A stretch of 50,503 bases of DNA from positions 1 to 50,503 of the forward strand of contig CASFUN010000033.1 of the NCBI GenBank assembly GCA_949298005.1, in the 5' to 3' direction. This stretch comes from an uncultured Alphaproteobacteria bacterium (GTDB taxonomy: Bacteria > Pseudomonadota > Alphaproteobacteria > Rickettsiales > UBA1997). Within the stretch, counting starts at the first letter, position 1. The number at the start of each line of letters is the position of its first letter. Below, one piece after another: positions 9,762 to 20,879 of this stretch. Made by a program: the position numbers and the translations under genes. Under the pieces are notes generated by a model. The model was not told the origin of the DNA. It was given only the letters and a program-made list of their open reading frames with translations, and searched no databases.

Positions 9762-10886
9762 TTAATTTACAAAATTATTAAAATTATTTTTTAATAATAT
9801 TAATTTTGTTTTAAGTATTATATATTTATTTTTAAAAAACATAGAAATACTATAGTAGTCTCTAACTAAAGAATCCACATTTGCAAGTTTATAACTATAT
9901 AGACACACTGATACAAGTATACAGAAAGAAAACAAAAAAGTTGTATTTACACCAATAACAGGCCTTATTATATTACTAGTTTCTGATATATTTTCTACAT
10001 TTTTCATTCTATTTCTAGTACTAGGATGTGAGGAAAATATTGAAAAATAACCACTATCACCCAAAAGACTCAATGCTTTTGACATTTCTATACCACCTAT
10101 GACTTTTGCTCCTTGGGGGTCTGCCCTATACTCAATACCTTTGCTAATTTGTAATTTTACAAATTTATATATGTTTAGAACTACAAATTTATAAAAAAAA
10201 TTTATTAAAAAATCCAAAAAATTATAAAGCGATTCTATTGCAATAGATATATATCTACCAAAAACAGGTAATATATTTATAATTTTTATAAATGATATAA
10301 ATATAATCCAAATTATTCTTGAAACAAAATTATTTGCTTGTTCATTTATTATTAACAGTAGTGCTGTGAAATAGTCTTTATTAATTATATGTGATATTTC
10401 ATGTCCCATTATACCCTTTATGTAAGTTATGAATTGTTCTCTATTGTCAGTTTCTGATCTATATAAATTTAGAAGACCCGTTGTTAATATTATTATGTTT
10501 TGTCTCAGACCACCAACAGCATATGCATTTACTTCATCAGATTTATTTATGTAAAGCTTTATGTCTGTTCTATTGAATTTTTGTTTTGTTTTTTCAAAAG
10601 CCTCAGATATATCATTGTATTTGTTGTCTTTAATCGCTAATATACTTCTTTTGGCATAGTATCTAACACTTGAAGAAAAGCAGAAATCAAAAAATAAGGA
10701 AATTAGCATTAAAGCTGTTGTTGCAGATATAGATAAAAATACTAGTGATTCGACATAACGGCTTTGAGCAGAAGTCGCTAAAAAATATTTTCCTAAAATT
10801 AGAAAAGTTAAAGGGCTAAGAACAACTATAAAATTTAATATACTTAATATATAAACCAGTATGAAACCTAATATTTTCTGTAGCAT
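9762..10886 (-). CDS. M48-family (HtpX/Ste24-like) membrane zinc metalloprotease
   Basis: The HExxH motif occurs in GIMGHEISHIINKD. Multiple hydrophobic segments lie on both sides of it. Confidence 0.7.
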   Translation of the reverse strand: MLQKILGFILVYILSILNFIVVLSPLTFLILGKYFLATSAQSRYVESLVFLSISATTALMLISLFFDFCFSSSVRYYAKRSILAIKDNKYNDISEAFEKTKQKFNRTDIKLYINKSDEVNAYAVGGLRQNIIILTTGLLNLYRSETDNREQFITYIKGIMGHEISHIINKDYFTALLLIINEQANNFVSRIIWIIFISFIKIINILPVFGRYISIAIESLYNFLDFLINFFYKFVVLNIYKFVKLQISKGIEYRADPQGAKVIGGIEMSKALSLLGDSGYFSIFSSHPSTRNRMKNVENISETSNIIRPVIGVNTTFLFSFCILVSVCLYSYKLANVDSLVRDYYSISMFFKNKYIILKTKLILLKNNFNNFVN

Positions 10887-10893
10887 ATTTTCC

Positions 10894-11370
10894 TCATATA
10901 TTCCATTTTATATTAGTTATTTCGTAGTATTTTATACCACTTGGAACTTTAATTTCAACAGATTCACCAATTGTTTTTCCTGCAAGAGCTCGACCTATTG
11001 GTGAATCTATAGATATAATATTTTTTTCTAAATTTGATTCGAATTCGCTAAGAAGTGTGTAAATTATTTCTTTCTCAGTATCTTCATCTACCAAATGTAC
11101 AGTAGCACCGAAATCAATTATATCTCCTGATATTTTACTAATATCAACTATATCTGCATTTGATAATTTTTCATTTAATGAAGTTATCATTGCTTCATTT
11201 ATAATTTGTTTTTCCTTTGAAGAACTATATTCTGCATTTTCGCTTAAGTCACCTAGCTCTATTGCTTCGCCTATTGCTTTTGATATTTTTGGTCTTTCTA
11301 TATGTATTAATCTTTCCAGTTCCTTTTTTAGTTTTTCGTATCCATCTCTGGTTATTTTAAATCTCTGCAT
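10894..11370 (-). CDS. greA: Transcription elongation factor GreA
   Basis: 158 aa. The coiled-coil N-domain contains GDLSENAEYSSSKEKQ and the C-domain contains SIDSPIGRALAGKTIGESVEIKVP. Confidence 0.95.
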   Translation of the reverse strand: MQRFKITRDGYEKLKKELERLIHIERPKISKAIGEAIELGDLSENAEYSSSKEKQIINEAMITSLNEKLSNADIVDISKISGDIIDFGATVHLVDEDTEKEIIYTLLSEFESNLEKNIISIDSPIGRALAGKTIGESVEIKVPSGIKYYEITNIKWNI

Positions 11371-11564
11371 ACGCTTATTCTCATTTATAAAAAATTAGTT
11401 TTACTAATTATAGTATTACTTAATATTAATATTTTGATAAAAATCAAGAAGTATTGTTAATGGTATATTTTTACAGTAATTATTAACTTATTTTACCACA
11501 AAAACACTCATTTACTTTTAATAAAAGTAAAGATATAATTATAGATATCAATATTGTTCGAATT

Positions 11565-12632
11565 ATGGCTAAAGAAGAAAGAGTTACTGAAAATACAAAC
11601 AAAATAAATCCAGAAAAAAGAAAAGCTATAGACATAGCTTTAGCACAAATAGATAAACAATTTGGAAAAGGTTCGGCCATGAGATTTGGTCAGAGACCAA
11701 TAGAAAATATACAAGTAATACCTTCCGGTTCTTTAGCAATAGATACAGCTTTAGGTGTTGGTGGTTATCCACGAGGTAGAATAGTAGAAATTTATGGTTC
11801 AGAAAGTTCTGGAAAGACAACATTAACTTTACATGCAATAGCTGAAGCTCAAAAACTCGGTTTAACATGTGCTTTTATTGATGCCGAACATGCATTTGAT
11901 CCAACTTACGCACAAGCGTTAGGTATAAATCTAGAAGAAATGATAATTTCACAACCATCTTCTGGAGAAGAGGGGCTGGAAATAGCCGATACATTGGTAA
12001 GATCAGGTGCTGTTGATTTAATAGTTATTGATTCTGTTGCTGCTCTTGTACCAAAAGTAGAACTTGACGGAAATATGGAAGACAACCAGATGGGCTTGCA
12101 AGCGAGATTAATGAGTAAGGCATTAAGAAAGCTTACTGGTTCAATTTCTAGAACTAATAGTACTGTAATTTTCATAAATCAAATTAGAATGAAAATTGGT
12201 ATCATGTTTGGTTCACCAGAGACAACTACTGGTGGTAATGCATTAAAATTTTATGCATCCGTTAGATTAGATATAAGAAGAACTGGTTCTATTAAAAATA
12301 AGGACGAAATAGTTGGTAATACAACTGTTGTAAAAGTTGTTAAAAACAAGGTTGCTCCACCATTTAGAATAGCAAATTTTGAAATATGCTATGGGGAAGG
12401 TATATCTAAACTTGGTGAAATAGTTGACCTAGGTGCTGAATATGATATAATAGAAAAGTCTGGTTCTTGGTATTCATACAATAGCGAAAGACTTGGACAA
12501 GGTAAAGAAAATATAAAAGAATATCTTAAAAATAATCCTAAGTTAGCTGATGAGATAGAAAAAAAGATAAGAGAGAAGCTAAAAGTTGTACCAGCTAAAC
12601 TAGTTGTTGGTGGAGAAGTACCGGAAGAATAA
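11565..12632 (+). CDS. recA: Recombinase RecA
   Basis: [22 protein letters not shown], the Walker A motif GSESSGKTT, and [37 protein letters not shown]. Confidence 0.97.
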   Translation: MAKEERVTENTNKINPEKRKAIDIALAQIDKQFGKGSAMRFGQRPIENIQVIPSGSLAIDTALGVGGYPRGRIVEIYGSESSGKTTLTLHAIAEAQKLGLTCAFIDAEHAFDPTYAQALGINLEEMIISQPSSGEEGLEIADTLVRSGAVDLIVIDSVAALVPKVELDGNMEDNQMGLQARLMSKALRKLTGSISRTNSTVIFINQIRMKIGIMFGSPETTTGGNALKFYASVRLDIRRTGSIKNKDEIVGNTTVVKVVKNKVAPPFRIANFEICYGEGISKLGEIVDLGAEYDIIEKSGSWYSYNSERLGQGKENIKEYLKNNPKLADEIEKKIREKLKVVPAKLVVGGEVPEE

Positions 12633-12640
12633 TTACATAA

Positions 12641-13579
12641 GTGACTAATAAAATAATAGTAATATCTGGTATTACTGCTTCTGGAAAATCAGAATTAGGT
12701 TTGATATTAGCACAAAAAATTGATGGCATAATTATAAATGCTGATTCTATGCAGATTTATAAATGTCTACCGATTTTGTCTGCACAACCAGATAAAAATA
12801 ATTTATTAGCAGTTGATCACAGGTTATATAGTTTTTTATCGCCATATAGCTTAAATAGTGTTTTTGATTGGATATCATTGGCTATTGCGGAAATCAATGA
12901 TGCATTTTTATCTAATAAAGTACCTATAATTGTTGGTGGAACAGGCATGTATATAACTAGATTAATTAATGGGATCAGGAACACTCCAACAACAGATAAA
13001 AATTTAAGAAATGAATTAAGTGATTTATATGAAAAAATTGGCTGGAACAATTTTTTTGAAACAGTTAACAAAATAGATCCTGAATCAGCTCAAAAAATTA
13101 AGAAAAATGACAAACAAAGACTCATAAGAATTTATGAGGTTTACAAACTTAGTGGCAAGAAAGCTTCAGTTTTAGAAAAAGAAAAAAATACAAATTTTTT
13201 TGAGAGAGAAAATATTTTTCATATAAATGTGTTACCTGAAAGGGGTGTTATATATCATAGATGTGAAGAAAGATTTAGAAAAATTTTAGTTAATGCAATT
13301 GACGAAGTTAAAATACTTATAAATAATTATCCAAATATTTTAGATAAATATTATCCAATACAGAATACCATAGGTTTAATTCAAATTAGTAAATATTTAA
13401 ATAACAATATAAATTATGAAGAAATGTTTGATTTAAGTGTAAGAGAAACGAGGCGATACGCAAAAAGGCAATATACTTGGTTTAGAAATCAGTTTCAATA
13501 TGTTGACTTTTTATTTGATAAGATACCAAATATATCTAACATCGATATTTTATTAAAAAAATTAGGTCAATTTTTATGA
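12641..13579 (+). CDS. miaA: tRNA dimethylallyltransferase
   Basis: GTG start. P-loop VISGITASGKS, then IINADSMQIYKCLPILSAQP and IIVGGTGMYI. The TGA stop overlaps the next ATG (ATGA). Confidence 0.9.
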   Translation: MTNKIIVISGITASGKSELGLILAQKIDGIIINADSMQIYKCLPILSAQPDKNNLLAVDHRLYSFLSPYSLNSVFDWISLAIAEINDAFLSNKVPIIVGGTGMYITRLINGIRNTPTTDKNLRNELSDLYEKIGWNNFFETVNKIDPESAQKIKKNDKQRLIRIYEVYKLSGKKASVLEKEKNTNFFERENIFHINVLPERGVIYHRCEERFRKILVNAIDEVKILINNYPNILDKYYPIQNTIGLIQISKYLNNNINYEEMFDLSVRETRRYAKRQYTWFRNQFQYVDFLFDKIPNISNIDILLKKLGQFL

Positions 13580-13965
13580 AATCTTACAGTATATTTATAA
13601 AGAAAAACAAAGAAAACGAATCGGTTGATGATGTTATTTTAGTAAAAGAAGGATTTAATTTTTATGCTTTAATTTTCAATATATTATGGTTTTTATTCAA
13701 AAAGATGTGGATATGTTCTATAGTATTCATTATTATAATTCCTTCAATATTATACATTTTTAGTCATTTTGTAGCTTTTCCTATAATTTTGTTAATATTA
13801 GTTTTTATCGGTCTTGAAGCGAATGATTTATTGATAAAAAAATTTCAAAAAAGTGATTATTACTTTGTTGGTTATAGCACTGGTAACGACGAAAAAGAAG
13901 CTAAACTTAGATTTTTAGATAGTTTAAATCAAGAAAATAAAGATAAAAACAAAATAATTTATTAA
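13576..13965 (+). CDS. Small membrane protein, DUF2628-like
   Basis: VKEGFNFYALIFNILWFLFKKMW followed by two transmembrane segments matches my recollection of DUF2628. The family assignment is unverified. Confidence 0.55.
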   Translation: MKSYSIFIKKNKENESVDDVILVKEGFNFYALIFNILWFLFKKMWICSIVFIIIIPSILYIFSHFVAFPIILLILVFIGLEANDLLIKKFQKSDYYFVGYSTGNDEKEAKLRFLDSLNQENKDKNKIIY

Positions 13966-13970
13966 AAGTT

Positions 13971-14615
13971 ATGAAGAAAATAACTAAAATTCTAGAGATT
14001 TTAGAGAAAAAATATGGAAAAGAAGAACTAACTGAATTAGATTATATCAACGAATATACACTATTAGTTGCGGTAATTCTATCAGCTCAAGCAACAGACA
14101 AGGGCGTAAATTTAGCTACGAAAGAACTTTTTGAAATTGTTAAAACTCCTGAAGAAATGGTAAATTTAGGCGTTGAAAATTTGGAAAAATACATAAAAAC
14201 AATAAATTATTATCACACTAAAGCTAAAAATATTATCAGTATGAGTGAAAAGCTAATAAGTAATTTTAATTCAAAATTGCCAGATAATATGGAAGATTTA
14301 ACTAGCCTAGATGGTGTTGGAAGAAAAACAGCAAACATAATACTAAATATAGTTTTCAATAAGCCAGCAATTGCTGTAGATACACACGTATTTCGTGTTA
14401 GTAATAGATTGGGTATAACTAATGCAAAAAATGTTTTAGAAAGTGAAAAACAATTAATGAAAATAACTCCAAAGAAACACATTAAAAATTTAAATAATAA
14501 TCTTGTAATGTTTGGTAGATATGAATGCAAAGCAATAAAACCACATTGCGACAATTGTATACTTTCTGGCTACTGTGATTATTTTAAGAAAAATGGTGCC
14601 CAGAGGCAGAATTGA
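13971..14615 (+). CDS. nth: Endonuclease III
   Basis: HhH-GPD motif LDGVGRKTANIIL, AVDTHVFRVSNRLG, and a C-terminal 4Fe-4S cluster CKAIKPHCDNCILSGYC. The last 22 nt overlap the convergent tRNA-Phe. Confidence 0.9.
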   Translation: MKKITKILEILEKKYGKEELTELDYINEYTLLVAVILSAQATDKGVNLATKELFEIVKTPEEMVNLGVENLEKYIKTINYYHTKAKNIISMSEKLISNFNSKLPDNMEDLTSLDGVGRKTANIILNIVFNKPAIAVDTHVFRVSNRLGITNAKNVLESEKQLMKITPKKHIKNLNNNLVMFGRYECKAIKPHCDNCILSGYCDYFKKNGAQRQN

Positions 14616-14669
14616 ACTGCCGACACAAGGATTTTCAGTCCTTTGCTCTACCAACTGAGCTATCTGGGC
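14594..14669 (-). tRNA. tRNA-Phe (anticodon GAA)
   Basis: Reverse complement is gcccagatagctcagttggtagagcaaaggactgaaaatccttgtgtcggcagttcaattctgcctctgggcacca. It folds as a 76-nt cloverleaf with CCA encoded. Confidence 0.9.
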
Positions 14670-14745
14670 ACAACATTTACATAGAATAATAAATAAAAAA
14701 TGCTTAAAAGCAATATCTATGTTGTTAATTTTAGCCTCATATCTA

Positions 14746-16734
14746 TTATATAATATTGTACGGATTTATATCAATTTTAATTCTAATATTTGACTGAAAT
14801 TTTGTATTTTTTAGAGCTGAGACAATGAGTTTTTGAATATTAATATTAAGTTTTGTTTTAACCAAAATTCTGATTCTAAAATTATTACCAACTTTATAAG
14901 GTGAAGACTGAGTTGGACCAAATATTTCAATATTATCATCATTTGATGGCATATTTCTAATAATTTCTTTAGCTTTATTGTAAACCATCATTTCATTTTG
15001 GCCACTTAGAATAATCATAGCAATCTTTCCATATGGAGGCAGTTCAGCAAATTTACGATTCTCTTTTTCAAATTCTATTAGTTGTTGTTTGTTGTTATTT
15101 TTCATTGCTTGAATAATTATATTATCTGGAGTATATGTTTGTATTATAGCTTTACCTTTAGTTTCACGTCTACCAGCTCTACCAACAACCTGTGTTAACA
15201 ATTGATAAGTTCTCTCAGTTGATCTAAAATTTGCACCAAATAAGCTTGCATCCGCATCCAGTACGCCTATTAAGTTAAGATTTGGAAAATCGTAACCTTT
15301 CGTTATAATTTGAGTACCTATTATTATGTCTACTTCTCCATTTGATATTTTTCTAGTTACTTCTTTTATCTTTTTGTTACTTTGCACTGTGTCGCTTGTT
15401 ATAATAATTGTTTTTTTATTTGGAAAAAGTTGATTAATTTCACTTTCTATTTTCTCAACACCAGGGCCAAAGAAAATTATTGAATTTTCAATACTACAAT
15501 TTGGACATATATCTACGTTTTTTGTTCTATAGCCGCATTGATGGCAAAGCAATGTATTATTATCTTTATGAACCGTTAGTGCTACTGAACATTGTGGACA
15601 TATAAATCTATATCCACACTCACTACATAATGCTATCGGTGCATATCCTCTACGATTCATGTATAGTAACACTTGTTGCTTTTTATCTAATATTTCTTCA
15701 ATCGTTTCTTTTAATTTTTGAGAAATATATCTGTCTTTTTTTAATTTTTCTTTCTTTAAATCAACAAGTTCTATGTCCGGTTCTATAGATTTACCAAATC
15801 GTGACTTCAAAAAAATGTGGTGATATTTTTTATTATCTGAGTTTACTAAACTTTCAATTGATGGTGTAGCACTACCTAAAATAATTTTGCAATTTTCTAT
15901 TTTAGCTCTTAATACTGCCATATCTCTACCGTTGTAACAGCCATTATCAGTTTGCTTGTAAGAATTGTCATGTTCTTCATCTACTACTATTAATTTTAGA
16001 TTATTAAATGGTAGAAATAGTGCTGATCTTGCACCTATAACGATTCTTATTTTTCCATAGTTTATTCCATTCCATATTGCGTTTTTATATGAACTTGTTA
16101 CTTCTGAATGCCATATTACTACATCTTTTGTTTGAAATTGTGAATTAAATCTATCTATAAAATGTGACGTTAGGGCTATTTCTGGTAATAGAAATAACAT
16201 TTGTGATTTTTTGTCTTGCTCTAATATTTTTTTGAATAGGTGGAAATATATCTCTGTTTTTCCAGAACCGGTAGCACCTTCTAATAGAATCGGTTTATTA
16301 TCTAGAGACATAAGCTGTAATATTTCTTGAAAAACATTTTTTTGTTCTTCTGATAAATTATTTAATTTTATCTTAGAAATATCTATTTCAAAATTTTCGT
16401 ATTTAAATGGTCTCTTTCTTATATTCAAAAATTTTTCATTAAATATCATTTTGAATACAATTCCTGGTGGTATTAAATTATAATTGGAAACTGATTTTAT
16501 GAATTCCAGTAATTGTTCATTTAATGGCTTTATATTATGTATTTTTTGAATTGATTTTGTGACTTTTTGATTATCATCTTGTATATTTGTTAAATTTAAA
16601 ACTAAACCGATTGTATTCCTATTTTTGAATTGAATTGCAACAATATTACCCAGTTTAATTTCCGGAAATTCATCAGCTAAATAACTAAACGTACCGTTAA
16701 TTCCAAACGGCACAATTATATTAGCTAAAAGCAT
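14746..16734 (-). CDS. priA: Primosomal replication-restart helicase PriA
   Basis: Walker A EGATGSGKTE, DEEHD box, and the Cys-rich zinc insert CSECGYRFICPQCSVALTVHKDNNTLLCHQCGY...CPNCS. Confidence 0.9.
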   Translation of the reverse strand: MLLANIIVPFGINGTFSYLADEFPEIKLGNIVAIQFKNRNTIGLVLNLTNIQDDNQKVTKSIQKIHNIKPLNEQLLEFIKSVSNYNLIPPGIVFKMIFNEKFLNIRKRPFKYENFEIDISKIKLNNLSEEQKNVFQEILQLMSLDNKPILLEGATGSGKTEIYFHLFKKILEQDKKSQMLFLLPEIALTSHFIDRFNSQFQTKDVVIWHSEVTSSYKNAIWNGINYGKIRIVIGARSALFLPFNNLKLIVVDEEHDNSYKQTDNGCYNGRDMAVLRAKIENCKIILGSATPSIESLVNSDNKKYHHIFLKSRFGKSIEPDIELVDLKKEKLKKDRYISQKLKETIEEILDKKQQVLLYMNRRGYAPIALCSECGYRFICPQCSVALTVHKDNNTLLCHQCGYRTKNVDICPNCSIENSIIFFGPGVEKIESEINQLFPNKKTIIITSDTVQSNKKIKEVTRKISNGEVDIIIGTQIITKGYDFPNLNLIGVLDADASLFGANFRSTERTYQLLTQVVGRAGRRETKGKAIIQTYTPDNIIIQAMKNNNKQQLIEFEKENRKFAELPPYGKIAMIILSGQNEMMVYNKAKEIIRNMPSNDDNIEIFGPTQSSPYKVGNNFRIRILVKTKLNINIQKLIVSALKNTKFQSNIRIKIDINPYNII

Positions 16735-16739
16735 TATTT

Positions 16740-18173
16740 TTACTTTTTATTCTTTCTAAAATATGCTGGTGCATTATATAGATTAATGTCTATATCGTCA
16801 TCATCTTCGTCAAACTTAAATGAACTGTTCTTTCTTTCTTCTTTTTGTCTACTAAAAAGTGAACTAAATAACCCACCTTTTTTCTCGTGCTTGTTTGTAA
16901 TATTTATATCATTCTGACGATTTCTGCTTGATTGTTTCTCTTGAACTTGGGTTTTTTGTAAAAATTCATCATACTTGGCTGTTTCACCCATATCAAAAAA
17001 ATCATCGTCTTCATCTTCTTCTACTACATTCCTGTCTTTATTTCTGCTATTTATTTTACTTCTAAGATATACTGTTCTTATTGGGCTTTCATAACTACTA
17101 TCTTGTGTTTTTTGGTTATTAAATTCATTTTCTTCGTCCGTATCTTCATCTTCATATTCTGAATTGTCCTCTTCATCAATGCCAGTTGCAAATATCGATA
17201 CACGCATTGTGTCTTCCATATTTTCATCAAAGACATTTCCAATTATTATATCAGCATAATCATTTCCTACTTCTTCTTTTATTCTTTTAGTTGCTTCTTC
17301 GTGTTCAAATAGTGTTATATCTGGTGAACCAGTTATATTTATTATTATACCTTTTGCACCTCTTATGGATACATTGTCTAGTAGTGGATTTGAAATAGCT
17401 TCTTCTACTGCTTTAACAGCTTTATTTTGTCCTTTAGCTTCTCCAGTTCCCATCATCGCTTTACCCATCTTTTTCATGACAGTTTTTACATCTGCAAAAT
17501 CAAGGTTAATAAAACCTGGTTTTGTAATTAGATCGGTTATACCTTTTACTCCTGATTTTAGGACATTGTCAACCATTTTTAGAGAATCTTGCATTCTTGT
17601 TTCTTGATTTGCAAGTCTAAATAAATTCTGATTTGGGACTATTATTAGGGTATCAACATATTTTTTTAATTCCTCTATACCCTTTTCTGCTTGTTGCATT
17701 TTCATTGTACCTTCGCTGGCAAATGGCTTTGTTACAATTGCAGCAACAAGTATATTCATTTCTTTTGCTTTTTTAGCTATTACTGGGGCTGCGCCAGTTC
17801 CAGTACCACCACCCATACCGGCAGTTATGAATACCATACTAACGTTATTTAAGACTTTTTCTATCTCTTCTATATCTTCTTCAGCTGCAGCTTTTCCAAC
17901 AAATGGGTCAGCGCCGGCACCCATACCGTTCGTTGACTTTTTACCTAAAAGAATCTTTTTTTCTATTCTTGAACTCTCAAGACTTTGGTAATCTGTATTT
18001 GCAACAACAAAATCTACATCATTCAGGTCACTATCTATCATGTTATTAACAGCATTAACACCACCACCACCTATACCAAATACCAATATCTTTGGTTTAA
18101 ATACTTCATACTTATAATTCAATGAACTTAATGCATCTTCAAGACTTATATCTCCGCTATTAAATGTTTGCAT
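16740..18173 (-). CDS. ftsZ: Cell division GTPase FtsZ
   Basis: Tubulin signature GGGTGTGAAPVIA, NTDYQSL, a long acidic linker and a C-terminal peptide (...DINLYNAPAYFRK). Confidence 0.97.
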   Translation of the reverse strand: MQTFNSGDISLEDALSSLNYKYEVFKPKILVFGIGGGGVNAVNNMIDSDLNDVDFVVANTDYQSLESSRIEKKILLGKKSTNGMGAGADPFVGKAAAEEDIEEIEKVLNNVSMVFITAGMGGGTGTGAAPVIAKKAKEMNILVAAIVTKPFASEGTMKMQQAEKGIEELKKYVDTLIIVPNQNLFRLANQETRMQDSLKMVDNVLKSGVKGITDLITKPGFINLDFADVKTVMKKMGKAMMGTGEAKGQNKAVKAVEEAISNPLLDNVSIRGAKGIIINITGSPDITLFEHEEATKRIKEEVGNDYADIIIGNVFDENMEDTMRVSIFATGIDEEDNSEYEDEDTDEENEFNNQKTQDSSYESPIRTVYLRSKINSRNKDRNVVEEDEDDDFFDMGETAKYDEFLQKTQVQEKQSSRNRQNDINITNKHEKKGGLFSSLFSRQKEERKNSSFKFDEDDDDIDINLYNAPAYFRKNKK

Positions 18174-18189
18174 TTTATAACCTCAATTG

Positions 18190-19428
18190 TTAGGATGTAA
18201 ATATTTTTGTTAAAAAACTAATTATTCTTCCTGTTATTCCACCAATACCATTTCTGTAATCTTCAAAGTCTTTCTTTTCGTTAAAGTATTTAATAAATTT
18301 TAAAATTCCAATGCTAGTCGCATAAGATGGATTTTTCATCTCATTCTCATTAATTCCTTGTGAGACAGCAAAGTTTTCTGGCCTACCAATTCTTGTTTTT
18401 ATACCAAATATTTTTGATATATAATTATCCAAACCTGGGACATTCGCAGTTCCACCAGTTATAACTATACTACCAAATGTATCCAAAAGGCCTTTTTTAT
18501 CTAGAATTCCGAGTATTAATTCAATAATTTCTTCTATTCTTGATCTAAATATATCGTTAATAATTTTTTTCTTGTTTTCAGCAGCTCTATAAGTTTCTTC
18601 CCCGTCTATGTCAATTTTTATCATTTCAGTTTCTTCTACTGGATCAAGGTACAAATTTGTATTTAGTACTTTAACTTTTTCTGCAACCGTATAAGATACA
18701 CCAATAATATTAGCTATATCATTGGTAATTATATCACCAGCGACTGGTATTGAATTTCCAAAAATAAACCTATTATTATTTATAACTGAAAATGAAGAAT
18801 TCCCAGCACCTACATCTATTACTAAAACTCCATTTTCCATCTCATAATTATTCAAAACAGACAATGCTGAAGCAAAACCATCAAATATAACATTCCTAAC
18901 CGATAAGCTTATCTTTTTAAAACAATTACTAATATTATCTATTTTATTTTTATCTGTATAAAATACATGAAGTTTAGTTTCCATTGTTTTAACTTGTGTT
19001 CCAAATGGGTTAGTTGTTTTTGTTCCGTCTAAATTGAATTCAAGTGGAACAAGATGAACTATTCTTTTCCCACTTTTATCTAGTTCTTCAACTAAATCTT
19101 CCGACATTGACATTACCATATTTTTATTAATTGTCTTACTGGTTTTAAAATGTTGTTTTGTAGTTAGAGTTTTTGATTTTAGTTTATTACCATTTATATT
19201 TATTGATACGTCATTAATATTTTTACCAAACATTTTTTCAGCTTTGCTTAAAGTCTTTATTATTACCTGTGTGGCTACTTTAATATTTATAATATTACCA
19301 TTCTGTATTCCGTTGGATTCCAATAAACTTGCTCCTTTTATAAATAGAAAACCATCTTTATCTAATTGTGCTATTAAACATACAATCTTACTTGATGCTA
19401 TATCTATGCTAACAATGGTTCTACTCAT
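18190..19428 (-). CDS. ftsA: Cell division protein FtsA
   Basis: Actin-fold motifs (VSIDIASSKIVCLIA, VIDVGAGNSSFSV, ITGGTANVPGL). It lies directly upstream of ftsZ. Confidence 0.9.
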   Translation of the reverse strand: MSRTIVSIDIASSKIVCLIAQLDKDGFLFIKGASLLESNGIQNGNIINIKVATQVIIKTLSKAEKMFGKNINDVSININGNKLKSKTLTTKQHFKTSKTINKNMVMSMSEDLVEELDKSGKRIVHLVPLEFNLDGTKTTNPFGTQVKTMETKLHVFYTDKNKIDNISNCFKKISLSVRNVIFDGFASALSVLNNYEMENGVLVIDVGAGNSSFSVINNNRFIFGNSIPVAGDIITNDIANIIGVSYTVAEKVKVLNTNLYLDPVEETEMIKIDIDGEETYRAAENKKKIINDIFRSRIEEIIELILGILDKKGLLDTFGSIVITGGTANVPGLDNYISKIFGIKTRIGRPENFAVSQGINENEMKNPSYATSIGILKFIKYFNEKKDFEDYRNGIGGITGRIISFLTKIFTS

Positions 19429-19607
19429 TTATTAAAAATTTGCTGAAAATTTTATAACTAGTTTAAGTGTATATATGATAATAATTTTTTGCAATATTAA
19501 TTTGGATAAACTTAAATATTTTCTATTTATTATTAATGCTAATATGTTGCGTTTTATTCAAACTGTTTTAATATATTATATATCATATAACTAATAATAT
19601 TGGACTA

Positions 19608-19835
19608 ATGGCAGTACCAAAGAAAAAAACATCTCCATCAAAAAGAGGTTTGAGAAGAGGCGGAAATGGAGCATATAAAATGAAATTATCTAACGTGGTT
19701 GTGAATAAAACAACTGGCGAATATCAACTACAACATCAAATATCTCTAGATGGTTACTATAATGGAAAGAAGATAATTCAAGATAAAAAAAGCAAAGATA
19801 ATAGTATCGAAAGTAGTGGAGAAATTTCTGCTTAA
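19608..19835 (+). CDS. rpmF: 50S ribosomal protein L32
   Basis: MAVPKKKTSPSKRGLRR is the conserved L32 N-terminus. The rpmF-plsX-fabH order is classical. Confidence 0.9.
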   Translation: MAVPKKKTSPSKRGLRRGGNGAYKMKLSNVVVNKTTGEYQLQHQISLDGYYNGKKIIQDKKSKDNSIESSGEISA

Positions 19836-19840
19836 ATATT

Positions 19841-20875
19841 ATGAGAAATAACCAGAAACAAGCTTTAATTATATCAATTGATTGTTTAGGAGGTGATAAT
19901 TATCCTAATGCTCAAGTTGAAGGGGTTAAATTGTTTTTGGATAAGAATAAAGATGTTAATATAAAGTTTTTGTTATTTGGTGAAAAAAAATTCTTAGAAC
20001 CTTATTTAAAAAAATTAAAAGTTTCTGAACAGTATTATGAAATAACTAATGTTGTTAAGAGAGTTACAAGTGAAGAAAAGCCATCTGTAGCTTTAAGAAG
20101 TGGAAAAGATTCTAGTATGTGGCTTGCTATAGATGCAGTCAAACAAAAAATAGCAGATGCTAGTATATCAGCTGGAAATACAGGTGCGTTAATGGCAATA
20201 TCTATGCTCTTGCTTAGAACATTACAAGATGTTGATAGACCAGCCCTCGTACAAATGATGCCTACAGAAAAAAACTCAAGTGTAGCTATGCTAGATATGG
20301 GTGCAAACATAGATTGCAGTTCTGACAACTTATATCAGTTTGCTGTAATGGGTAATGTGTTCTATGAAGCTATAACTGGTAAGAAAAATCCAACTATTGG
20401 GTTATTAAACGTTGGTTCAGAAGATATGAAGGGCAACGATGTTGTTAGAAGTACAGCTTTTGTATTAAAAAATAGCATACTAAAAGATAATTTTTATGGT
20501 TTTGTTGAAGGGAATGATATATTAAAAGGTACAGTTGATGTAGTTGTTACAGATGGTTTTACTGGTAATGTTGCGTTAAAAACTATAGAAGGAACAGCCA
20601 AATTTTTGGCAAAAAACTTAAAAGATTTATTTATGAAATCACTGTTTAACAAGTTTATAGCTTTGATTTTAACTAAATCTCTTAAATCTTTTAAAAGCAA
20701 AATTAGTCCAGAGAATTATAATGGTGCTATGTTTCTTGGTTTAAACGGTATATCTGTTAAAAGCCATGGTAATTCAAATGGCAAATCTTTTTGTTTTGCT
20801 ATAGAAAATACTGTTAAACTTATAAAAAGTGATATAAATGAAAAAATAATTAATATGTTAATTGTGGGGGACTAG
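19841..20875 (+). CDS. plsX: Phosphate acyltransferase PlsX
   Basis: IDCLGGDNYP, SAGNTGALMA, TDGFTGNVALKTIEG and LGLNGISVKSHG. Confidence 0.92.
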   Translation: MRNNQKQALIISIDCLGGDNYPNAQVEGVKLFLDKNKDVNIKFLLFGEKKFLEPYLKKLKVSEQYYEITNVVKRVTSEEKPSVALRSGKDSSMWLAIDAVKQKIADASISAGNTGALMAISMLLLRTLQDVDRPALVQMMPTEKNSSVAMLDMGANIDCSSDNLYQFAVMGNVFYEAITGKKNPTIGLLNVGSEDMKGNDVVRSTAFVLKNSILKDNFYGFVEGNDILKGTVDVVVTDGFTGNVALKTIEGTAKFLAKNLKDLFMKSLFNKFIALILTKSLKSFKSKISPENYNGAMFLGLNGISVKSHGNSNGKSFCFAIENTVKLIKSDINEKIINMLIVGD

Positions 20876-20879
20876 CGAT

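Noticed and set aside
11371-11564. A LexA/SOS box upstream of recA
   Set aside because: Only a single GTTC half-site is present near the start codon, with no GTTC-N7-GTTC or GAAC-N7-GAAC pair. Nothing here supports SOS regulation.
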